A stretch of DNA of 64,000 bases from the human T2T-CHM13v2.0 reference genome, Homo sapiens: assembly GCF_009914755.1 (NCBI RefSeq), contig NC_060941.1. One strand, written 5' to 3'. The notes under the pieces are model-generated. The model had not been told where the DNA came from. It was given only the letters and a program-made list of their open reading frames with translations, and did no database searches. Shown one piece after another: positions 15,675-28,392 of this stretch. Positions within the stretch are counted from its first letter, which is position 1, and the number at the start of each line of letters is the position of its first letter. The translations under genes were made by a program, and so were the position numbers.

Positions 15675-17921
15675 TTTTTTTTTTTTTTTCCCAAGGCAGA
15701 AGAATTTTTCTTAGTACAGAACAAAATGAAAAGTCTCCCATGTCTACTTCTATCCACACAGACCCGGCAACCATCCGATTTCTCAATTTTTTCCCCACCC
15801 TTCCCGCCTTTCTATTCCACAAAACCGCCATTGTCATCATGGCCCATCCCCAATGAGCCGCTGGGCACACCTCCCAGACGGGGTCGCGGCCGGGCAGAGG
15901 GGCTCCTCACTTCCCAGTAGGGGCGGCCGGGCAGAAGCGCCCCTCACCTCCCGGATGGGGCGGCTGGCCGGGCGGGGGGCTGACCCCCCCACCACCCTCC
16001 CGGACGGGGCGGCTGGCCAGGCAGAGGGGCTCCTCACTTCCCAGTAGGGGCGGCCGGGCAGAGGTGCCCCTCACCTCCTGGATAGGGCGGCTGGCAGGGC
16101 GGGGGGCTGTCCCCCCCACCTCCCTCCCGGACGGGGCGGCTGGCCGGGCAGAGGGGTCCTCACTTCCCAGTAGGGGCGGCCGGGCAGAGGCGCCCCTCAC
16201 CTCCCGGACGGGGCGGCCGGCCGGAAGGGGGGCTGACCCCCCCACCTCCCTCCCGGACGGGGCGGCTGGCCGACCCCCCCCCCCCCCGCCTCCCTCCCGG
16301 ACGGGGCGGCTGGCCGGGCAGAGGGGCTCCTCACTTCCCAGTAGGGGCGGCCGGGCAGAGGCGCCCCTCACCTCCCAGACGGGGCGGCTGGCCAGGCGGG
16401 GGGCTGATCCCCCCACCTCCCTCCCGGACGGGGCGGCTGGCCGGGCGGGGGGCTGACCCCCCCCACCTCCCTCCCAGACGGGGCGGCTGGCCGGGTGGGG
16501 GGCTGACCCCCCCACCTCCCTCCCGGATGGGGCGGCTGGCCAGGCGGGGGGCTGAACCCCCCACCTCCCTCCCGGGCGGGGCGGCTGGCCAGGCAGAGGG
16601 GCTCCTCACTTCCCAGTAGGGGCGGCCGGGCACAGGCGCCCCTCACCTCCCGGACGGGGCGGCTGGCCAGGCGGGGGGCTGATCCCCCCACCTCCCTCCC
16701 GGACGGGGCGGCTGGCCGGGCGGGGGGCTGACCCCCCACCTCCCTCCCGGACGGGGCGGCTGGCCGGGCGGGGGGCTGACCCCCCCACCTCCCTCCTGGA
16801 TGGGGCGACTGGCCGGGCAGAGGGGCTCCTCACTTCCCAGTAGGGGCGGCCGGGCAGAGGAGCCCCTCACCTCCCGGACGGGGCGGCTGGCCGGGCGGGG
16901 GGCTGACCCCCCCACCTCCCTCCCGGACGGGGCGGCTGGCCGACCCCCACCCCCCCGCCTCCCTCCCGGACGGGGCGGCTGGCCGGGCAGAGGGGCTCCT
17001 CACTTCCCAGTAGGGGCGGCCGGGCAGAGGAGCCCCTCACCTCCCGGACGGGGCGGCTGGCTGGGCGGGGGGCTGACCCCCCCCACCTCCCTCCCGGACG
17101 GGGTGGCTGCCGGGCGGAGACGCTCCTCACTTCCCAGACGGGGTGGTTGCCGGACGGAGGGGCTCCTCACTTCTCAGACGGGGCGGTTGCCAGGCAGAGG
17201 GTTTCCTCACTTCTCAGACGGAGCGGCCGGGCAGAGACGCTCCTCACCTCCCAGACAGGGTTGCGGCCCAGCAGAGGCGCTCCTCACATCCCAGATAGGG
17301 CGGTGGGGCAGAGGTGCTCCCCACATCTCAGACGATGGGCGGCCGGGCAGAGACGCTCCTCACTTCCTAGATGGGATGGCGGCCGGGCAGAGACGCTCCT
17401 CACTTTCCAGACTGGGCAGCCAGGCAGAGGGGCTCCTCATATCCCAGACGATGGGTGGCCAGGCAGAGACGCTCCTCACTTCCCAGACGGGGTGGCGGCC
17501 GGGCAGAGGCTGCAATCTCGGCTCTTTGGGAGGCCAAGGCAGGCGGCTGGGAGGTGGTTGTAGCGAGCCGAGATCACGCCGCTGCACTCCAGCCTGGGCA
17601 CCATTGAGCACTGAGTGAACGAGACTCCATCTGCAATCCCGGCACCTCGGGAGGCCGAGGCTGGCGGATCACTCGCGGTTAGGAGCTGGAGACCAGCCCG
17701 GCCAACAGAGCGAAACCCCGTCTCCACCAAAAAAAAACGAAAACCAGTCAGGCGTGGCGGCGCGCGCCTGCAATCGCAGGCACTCGGCAGGCTGAGGCAG
17801 GAGAATCAGGCAGGGAGGTTGCAGTGAGCCGAGATGGCAGCAGTACCGTCCAGCTTTGGCTCGGCATCAGAGGGAGACCGTGGAGGGAGAGGGAGGGGGA
17901 GGGGGAGGGGGAGGGGGAGAG
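15675..17921 (-). mobile_element. SVA retrotransposon (probably SVA_D), 5' intact, SINE-R 3'-truncated
   Basis: Hexamer tract 17884-17920, Alu-like region ~17510-17880, GC-rich VNTR ~15870-17510, short SINE-R ~15690-15860, poly(A). 13-bp TSD accaaatttcttt at 15662-15674 and 17922-17934. Confidence 0.96.
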
Positions 17922-19469
17922 ACCAAATTTCTTTGTATAAAAGTGTTAACCCAAGTGGAACAAAAATTAATTGAGTACCAAGAAAATACTTTGCCAGATT
18001 TGCATGCTAAATCAGCGGATACTAAAATTGTTTAGATATACAATTTGAATGAACTCCATGGTCTAAGTCAAATTACCTATGATAACCCATCAGTTGTCAG
18101 TGCTATACAGCTAAACTGGAGAAACAACTGGTATTCAAGATGACGTAAGTCCGATGTTAAGCATGGACTCATGGAGAACCAGGACAGCAGCCTTGCCCTT
18201 CCTGAGTCCTTAAAGCTTTTGTTATTCAAGGTTATGCACTCCATGACTCATCATGGAAAAGATAAAATAATCCAAATTAAATATATATTGGTGTGCTGAC
18301 TTATACATTGCTAAAGTAGTTTATAACCAATGTTTGGTTTGTCAAATCCATATTCCTGGGAAGACAATCAAATCTTCAAGTACATTTGGCTACCTCATGG
18401 GCCATTTAAACATTTCAATTGCCATTTTCAATGCATGTTTCTGGTTGTAAAAAAGCTTTCCTATGCAAGAGGGCTGATGTTATAACAGTAGATTATTATG
18501 CTACAGTGTATTTTCACCAGGTAAAGAAAGCTTTTTATGGGTCACTGAGGACAATCAACCCCTTCACAATCTAGAACCCAAAGATTGGGTCTTCTGAGAA
18601 TATCTACTGTAAAGGCTATAGTTACACAACAGATTTTAAATTCTTTTGTGAAGGTTACGATAGAATCGGCTGAACAGAGAAGTATCTGTGCAGCTGCTGG
18701 CACTTGTGGCTTATGGAGAAATACATCAAATGAAGATTATAGAGATTTAGTTGTAGGGGATTAACGAAGAGATTTCTTAGTTAAGTGAGTAGATTCTTTA
18801 GCACATTCTTTGATTTAATTTTAGGTGGTTTGGTTTATGGGGATCCTTGGTATGACGTATGCTCCAAACTCTTAGTATTATCCTCCCAGTAGTCATAATA
18901 ATAGTCTCCCTGGTGCGCTGTATTATCTCAAAGGCTTTAAATGCTTGCATTCAGCCATCTCTAGAATGTCAAATGGTCTCTTTTCAAGTGGAATGACAAG
19001 AGCTGAAAGAAGTGCATGACCAGGAGGATACCATAACCTATGAATGATGTGGTGAGACTGGAAACCCAAAATGATGGCAAGTGAGTGTGGTGCTAAGGCC
19101 TTAAATTTTGGTCACACTCTCACCCAAGTGAGAACCTGACCAAAAAGGGAGAATTTTTTTAACAAAATTATGAGAGGCCAGTGTTTTGGACTGACATCAT
19201 GTGCTAGGCCCCAGCAAACCAAACAAACCAAAACACATAGATCCTAAAACAGACCAGGTTTTGTTTTTCTCCTGCAAACAGGATGTTCCACCATAAGGAG
19301 GTACCCTCTACTCAGTCCTTGTTCCCACTGTACAAAACTCACTGTTGTTTTACTGTTTCCCAGTGGGTTTCAAGACCAAATAAGTTCATTTATGATGGTG
19401 GTAGTGACATGAATGACTAAAGGTTTGGTCAATCTCTCAAAATTGAGAAAATGACCAAAAGGGGGAAAT

Positions 19470-19597
19470 TGTTAAAGCAAATTAAATATAGCCTGAGAAG
19501 GACTCCGTATTTCTATATTGGAGTCTCTGTGGATGAACGGTAACCTAACTTAGGAATATGTGCCTGTAAAAATAGCTGAGTCTTGGCCAATCCCAGC
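19470..19597 (+). mobile_element. MER57-type LTR 5' remnant inside the proviral internal region
   Basis: Aligns by eye with the reverse complement of the solo LTR at 47157-47576. Preceded by PPT-like aaaagggggaaa (19457-19468). Confidence 0.85.
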
Positions 19598-20051
19598 AAC
19601 CCCAAATCAGGCCAGGAGATAAGGTACTTAATAAAACGTGGAAGTGCTCTGGATAATAGTGGCCATTTTTTTATTGCCTTCTTCCAAACTTATGGAATCA
19701 CTTCCTTTGTAGTAATTAGCAGAATGTTTCAATTCATCTCCATAATGAACATTCCTGACAGCATAAGTATCCACCCCCTGAAGTTCCTGTTAAATCTTTT
19801 AACCATATTCATTTCCTTTCACATAGAGACCATCAAGCTTCAGATGATCATGTGACAAAGTTTCCAGTCAGTTCCAAGTGAAGACACCACCCCTGGCCAT
19901 CAGGATGCCACACTGTCTCCACTAGACAGAGTAGGGCAAGAGTTCCATGATCTCCAGTAGGTAGGAACTACGCCCCAAGTTGGCATAAAGCAGTTACAGT
20001 TCCTCTGCATCCCATAAAGATTTATGGGGGTCATGTCTCTCAGGAGAGAGA

Positions 20052-21261
<1,210 letters not shown>

Positions 21262-21889
21262 TCAAGCGGCCTAGGACCCAATCTGTATCCTTTGTTAACT
21301 GTCACCGATACTGACCTCAGACCTGGACCACTGGGATCCTGCCCTGAACCCCGTGCTTTAGTTGGCCCACTCCAGCTGGAGCGTATGTTCCCTTCTAGAT
21401 CATGCTCCTGGTACCCTGGACTCCGGAAATCCCTGTGTAAACAGCCCTGAGCCTGCTTCCAAGGTCTGACTTCCATCCACCCAGGGCAGCCTGCCCTGCC
21501 TGGCCTGAGTATCGTTAGAATGAAGGATGGCAGGGTAGGGGGTGTGTGTTTGCCTGAACCAGTAGACCCCCTTCAGTATGTATGGGATGGAGTCGTGTGG
21601 GAATAGAAGCAGCAAGACTACTAGCAAGGGCTCTGCATTTGTACTCTTGCCCCTGGCTAGGCAGTCGCCAGGGGTGGGCCTGCTTCTCACTGACCCGTGG
21701 GTCAGGCTGTAAATAAGAGCGACCCTCGATTCACTCTTTACCCTGGGCCAGGCAGTCCGATGCATCCTGCATCCCATCATTCCTAATACCAACTCTGAGG
21801 ATGCTGACAAGCAGCAGCCCCGTTTTACAGACCGAGGCACAAAGGCTGAACTAAGTTGTCCATAGCTAGTGAGTGGCAGAGGCAGGGTT

Positions 21890-22570
21890 TCAATGGGACA
21901 GTCCGTGGCGGAGCACACTGGCTCCGCCGCCAGCCCCCCTGCGGTACCCATCCGCGCTCGCCGCCTGGGACCGCCAGCCCGGGGCGGGGCGCAGGCAGGG
22001 ACCCTCCGCTCCCCTCTCCGTCTGCCGCCCGGACGGGCCACCGCGGGGGCGCGAGGAAGGGGTGTTGGGTCGCCAGGGCCCGCCTCCCAGCTGCCCCGGC
22101 CGCCGGGGGGCCTGGCGGTGACGGCGGCGCCTGGCGGCGGGGATTTGGCGCGGGCCGGGGGCCGGGGGCCGGGGCGCGGGGGCGCGAGGCTGGATTCCTA
22201 GGGCCGCGGCGCTTCCCGGCATGCTCCGCTGCAGGCCCGCGCCCGCGCCCGGACTTTGCCATCGGCGGGGCAGTCGCGGGATGCGCCCGGGAGCCACAGC
22301 CTGAGGTGGGTGAGCCCCGCCGGGCCGGGCGGGCAGCGGCGAGTCGGGGAAGGGGACGCGGGGGCGCGGGGCCTGGCCCGGCTGCCGGGGAGAGGGGAGG
22401 CGGGTGCCGCAGCTTTGTTCTTGCCGCGGGGCCGCGCGCCCGAAGTTGGGGAAAGGAGTAGGAGCCGCGCCCCGGAGCGCTCCGGGGCCCGTGCGGCGCG
22501 TCCCGGGCGGGCTGGGGGTCCCTCCCTCCCGGGGACAGAGTGGGCGTCCTGGGTGGACGAGCACGGGGAA
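21890..22570. promoter_or_regulatory. TMEM98: CpG-island promoter of TMEM98
   Basis: Very high GC and CpG density, GC box ggggcgggg near 21981, G-tracts 22152-22182; contains the first-exon donor. Confidence 0.93.
22200..22305 (+). other. TMEM98: TMEM98 non-coding exon 1 (start approximate)
   Basis: Donor GAG|GTGGGT at 22306, with a second possible donor GTGAGC at 22310. The TSS cannot be fixed from sequence alone. Confidence 0.7.
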
Positions 22571-22749
22571 GCGGGTAGGGTCTTGGGTCTGTTCTGTCCT
22601 TGTGGTTCTGGAACCGGAGGGGAAGGGGGAAAGTAAGGGAGAGAGAAAGAGACGGAGAAAAACAGGAAAACTTACTCTTCAGTACGCAGGGAAGAATAGA
22701 GAAAGAAAAACACAAAGAAACGCCACGCAGACTGCAGAGAAGGACCACG

Positions 22750-23420
22750 AACACACGCTCCGAGAAACACACTCAGCTCACACGCACTGAGAAGCACACT
22801 TAAGATAAACACTCAGGTCACACACACAAGCACACTAAGAAACATTCAGTTCACACACACTCAGAAACACACGCACTCAGAAGCACACAAGATAAACACT
22901 CAGCTCACACACAGAAGCACACTCAGAAACATTCAGTTCACACACACTCAGAAACACACGCACTCAGAGGCACACAAGATAAACACTCAGCTCACACACA
23001 GAAGCACACTCAAACATTCAGTTCACACACACTCAGAAACACACTCCGAGAAACAGTTCACACTCGCTCAGAAGCACACTCAGCTCACACACACAAGCAC
23101 ACTCGGAGAAACATTCAGCTCACACACACTCAGAAACATACTCTGAGAAACACAATCAGCTCACACCCACTCAAGCACACTCAAGATAAACAGCTCACAC
23201 AAGCACATTCAGAAAACACTCAGAAACATAGCTAACACTCAGAAACACACTCTGAGAAACACAGCTCACACACTCAGAAGCACACTCTGAGAAACAGCTC
23301 ACACACACAGAAACAGAAAAACAGCTCACGCACACTAACACAAACACACACGGAGAAACACACTTAGAAGCACACTCAGCTCACACACACCCAGAGAAAC
23401 ACGATCAGAGAAACACTCAG
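22750..23420. repeat. CA-rich degenerate minisatellite with an 87-89 bp higher-order unit
   Basis: cactcagaaacacac/cagctcacacac motifs; unit starts at about 22782, 22871 and 22958. Confidence 0.9.
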
Positions 23421-24989
23421 AACGCACAGGAAGAGAGAGGAAACCAAGTGGGTGGTCTTGGAGGCCTGGGGACCGGGGGAGGGGAAGGAGAGACACTGAG
23501 AAGCGGGAGACGGGAGCAGCAGAGGGAAAGATGCCTGGAAAGAGAAACAGAGATAAAGGCAGACATAAGAGGAGGCAGAAAACACAAAGGCCAAAAGGAG
23601 GTGGTTAAAAGGACAGTAAAGAGAAACACACACGTAGAGAAACAGAGGCGGACCCTGAGAATTACCCCCCTCCCCCACCTACCTCTCACAAAATCAGCGA
23701 CACACACAGAAGAGGCAGATGCCAGCCTTCTCCTTCTTGTGGTCCAGTGAGCTCGAGATGGGAGAGCAGCTCTGTGAGCCCTTTGAGAAAGGCTTCCTTG
23801 GCACTTTAAGCCAGGCATGTCCCAACCTTGTCTACCTGGCAAACTCCTGCTCATCCTTCAAAACCCAGCTCTAGCCTCACCACTCCTGTGAAAGTGTCAG
23901 TTCCCAGAAAGTGTCATGCAAGCACAGTTACTCTCTTTTCTGTGTTCTTCTGCAGGAAGCACAGGCACATGGAGTTGAAGTGGTTTGTCACCTGTCTGCC
24001 TCTCCCACCAACTCCTTAAGATCAGGGTCTCTGTCCTATCTATCTCCAATCTCCAGTGCATGATGCATAGTAGATGATCAATAAATACTTAGTGAATGGT
24101 GACCGAGAGCGTTTGGACCCTCCGAGACATGGAGGATAGAATTAAGTGCAAATAGAGGAAAAGCACCCTCCTGGTATTCTAAGGACTCCTAAGTCAGAGT
24201 GTCTTTTTTTCACGTGGGGAAATTAAAGCCCAGAGAGGGGAGAATGCTTGCACAAAGAGAGACAAGCAGGAGGCCTACAATGAAATAACAGTGAATATGT
24301 ACTTCTGTGAGATGCCCTTGTTCTTCTGGCTTATGAGTTTAAAATAGGTGTGAAAGACCCCGTTCTTCAGTTCCTCTCTCCAGAGGCAGCTACTGTTATC
24401 AAGTTACATTTTATGTGTGTTTGTGCCTATCGATGTGTTCATACTAAAAAAATTCTGTGCACACACTAGTATATACAAATGCACGGACTTCTTTCATTCT
24501 TCTTTTGTACACAAATAAAAGAATTCTATGAGAAAAAGAAATAGATGTGAAACAGTCTCCTGAGTGAAAACTGGCAAGAGGCAATGGACACTTTAATGCC
24601 AGTTCTAAGTTTCCAACACTGAAACTGGCAATTAGAACTCTTTCCAGAACCTTTACAGTCTTCTTTCTTCCTTAGAAAGGAAAAGTAGAGTGAATGTCCA
24701 TCTCAGTGTAAGTGGATGGCTTTCCATCTCCTGACTGCATATTGGAAAAATTCTGTAACCTCCCTGAACCTCAGTTTCCTCAACTGTAAAATGGGATTAC
24801 TAATGTCCACTTCATAAGATTGTTGTTGGAAAAGTTAACAAAGAACCTGGTGCAGAGTAGATCCTCAGTAAATACAGTTTCATCTTTCCTCTCTTTAATG
24901 GGTGTTCTTTTGTGCATGTTTTTATGGCTGCGAAAACAACTGCTAGTTAAAATGTTTCCTTTTGTCTAGGGTTTAAAAAGCTATTTTAA

Positions 24990-25472
<483 letters not shown>

Positions 25473-25598
25473 GTAAGACCCACCTGTCCCACTCTCTTTC
25501 GTGGCTTCTTGACCAGATCTGCTCTGACTTCATGTTCTCTCAAGCTTTAGCCCATGAGGAGGATGTGACCGGGACTGAGTCAGGAGCCCTCTGGAAGC

Positions 25599-25729
25599 AT
25601 GGAGACTGTGGTGATTGTTGCCATAGGTGTGCTGGCCACCATCTTTCTGGCTTCGTTTGCAGCCTTGGTGCTGGTTTGCAGGCAGCGCTACTGCCGGCCG
25701 CGAGACCTGCTGCAGCGCTATGATTCTAA
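25599..25729 (+). CDS. TMEM98: TMEM98 first coding exon (exon 3 starts ~25545): METVVIVAIGVLATIFLASFAALVLVCRQRYCRPRDLLQRYDS, N-terminal TM anchor
   Basis: agcATGg Kozak context; translation matches the recalled TMEM98 N-terminus; donor AA|GTGAGT, phase 2. Confidence 0.97.
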
Positions 25730-26162
25730 GTGAGTGACCCTATGGAGGGCAAGGAGGAGGGGTGGGCTCTAACTAAAGAAAAAGAGAGGAACACGTAGTT
25801 CAGTGTTGGGCAACTCTAACTCAGCTTTTTGGTTCTAAAATGGTACCTGCAGGTGTCCTTCCCTGTAAAGACCTCAGAGTTTAAGAATGTTCCTTAAGCC
25901 TCCCAACATCCTGAGTCACCTCCTTCTCTGCTTCCTGAGCCAAGAAGAAAGTCACTGAATATGAACATGTTCACCTAGCATAAAAGCTCAGCCATCTGTC
26001 TCAAACTGGCCACCTCACTTAGCATTTGGATAAGCCAAATCACTTTCCAGCCAGACCCACAGGAACAGAAATCAGATGCCCACACTCTGGCCATACATCT
26101 AAGCAACAAACATTTGGTTTTGTGAAATCCCAACTTAGGACTGTTTCTCTCTGCACAGCAGA

Positions 26163-26487
<325 letters not shown>

Positions 26488-27241
26488 TGATGCATTGTAT
26501 GTGAAATATATTTTGTAAGCAAGATTCTATTTTCAATTTAGGGATATTTTAATTGATAGACCGTTCAGGGATTAACCCTTAGTTTTTCTTATCCTTCTGT
26601 CTTAATCCTATCAGCATCTCTGTCAAGTGGTTCATAATTTATAAATGCCCATTTATATGACCCAGGAAAGCTCTTCTACTGAACAGAATGCCATGGTATC
26701 TCATTTTCTAAAGTACCCTGTTGTAAAATTGGAGGTGTTTTTACTTCTTTCACTTTTCCAGTGTAACTAGGAAAAGGCAGGGATATAGGGATGGACCAAA
26801 GTGGTTCACAAGAGTTATTCTGCAGACCAGGTGGGGAGCCTATGTAGGTTTGGGTAATAGGAACCACCGCCTCTCTGTAAAATGTAGGATTAAAGGGAAA
26901 ATACATTATAGAAGGATATAATTTTGTCCTGAAGGGATATCCCTAACATCTTTGTAATCAGGTAGTTATACCCTACTCTTTCTCTTGGTAGCTTATCTGA
27001 CTCCATTTCACTTTTCTTTTGTTTTAGTGCTCCCGGCCTGCCTCCCCAACTCCCTGTCTAGCCATGTGCCCTGCCCTCAGCTGCAGCCCCACTAGGCTTA
27101 GGTTTGGATCCGGGACAAGTGGTCTCTGCCCTAGCTTACTGACTCCCTTACTTCTTTTATGGTGTATGTGGGCCTCAGTGAGGAGAGGATCAGCAGCGGT
27201 CACCCACCATGAAACCATTTAACGGGGGCCTTTTCTTCCAG

Positions 27242-27373
27242 GCCCATTGTGGACCTCATTGGTGCCATGGAGACCCAGTCTGAGCCCTCTGAGTTAGAAC
27301 TGGACGATGTCGTTATCACCAACCCCCACATTGAGGCCATTCTGGAGAATGAAGACTGGATCGAAGATGCCTC
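27242..27373 (+). CDS. TMEM98: TMEM98 exon 4: (K)PIVDLIGAMETQSEPSELELDDVVITNPHIEAILENEDWIEDA(S)
   Basis: ttttcttccag| acceptor, |GTAAGG donor, 132 nt, frame continuous. Confidence 0.97.
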
Positions 27374-28358
27374 GTAAGGCCATGGGAACTGTTTGCTTCC
27401 GGGCTTCTGGCAAATGATGCCCTTTGCTGGTGTCCTTTGCCAGAGCACTTAGCTGGCATTCAAGAACAGTCACTCTGTTACTTGCTGCTCTTTCCTGTGC
27501 CTTTAGTGTGGGGGAAAATCAGAATATGACTTGAAAGTGTTTGTCCTTTCCTTCTCTCCCCACATTTTGTAGACCTGAACACTGCGGCCTATAGTTGTGT
27601 GGCAAAGGTTGTTATAAAGTCACCCTGGTGTGCTTTGGTTATCCTTGAGTGCCCATAAATTTGGCTCAGGCTTCAGAGATGCAGCCCTTTTCTTTAGGAT
27701 CTCAGGGGTCTCTCCATCCAACAGGAGCCCCTACATTTTGAGAAGCGGCTGCTACTTCATTGCCTTATCCATTTAGCCATCCATTCCCTGGTCCCATGTT
27801 TGTGGGGCATTATGTGGAGGGTACTGGGTCAGGTGCTGCAGATATTGAAACGGTTGAAAAGACAGTTATAGTCAGTATCACAGAAACTGTAAGAGATCCT
27901 TGTGTACAGTGCAGTAGGCACATGGAGAAGGCAGTGTCTAGGTTTGCCTGGGTTGGGGAGGTTGAGCTGGATCTCATGGAAGATATCACAGAGGAGGTGC
28001 CTTTTGACTTGGGTCTTGAAAGATGAGGAGGAGTTCCCCAGTCTGAGCAAAGGGGAAGGACACATTGGGCAGAGGGAACAGTCTACCAGAAGCTTGAGAG
28101 TTATATTAAAGCATGACTCGCTAGGCACACAGTGGAGCTTGCTGGAAGAGTGGATTGGGTGCAGGGAGGGGAAGGGAAGGGAGGTGCTCCCTCCTTTAAC
28201 TCATGGGCTGGTTCATGTTGACACTGAGGCATTCCCACTCTCAGTGGTTGGTATTGGGCTGTGCCCACCGGTCAGGGCAAGTTGAGAAGCAAGGGTGGGA
28301 GCTGGAGGGTGGTGGGCCCCTCCAGATGAGCACTGATGACTTCTTCTTGTTTCCCCAG

Positions 28359-28392
28359 GGGTCTCATGTCCCACTGCATTGCCATCTTGAAG
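28359..28392 (+). CDS. TMEM98: TMEM98 exon 5 (34 nt): GLMSHCIAILK
   Basis: tttccccag| acceptor and AAG|GTAACC donor; restores phase 0. Confidence 0.96.

Noticed and set aside
15726-17827. Many overlapping Pro/Gly/Arg-rich ORFs up to 272 aa
   Set aside because: They are translations of the stop-poor SVA VNTR and Alu-like region.
21400-22803. Long ORFs of 200-315 aa on both strands
   Set aside because: GC-rich CpG island with few stop codons; low-complexity products with no recognisable domain.
22750-23420. Repeat array resembling a CRISPR-like repeat-spacer structure
   Set aside because: No constant repeat with unique spacers; it is a degenerate minisatellite in mammalian DNA.
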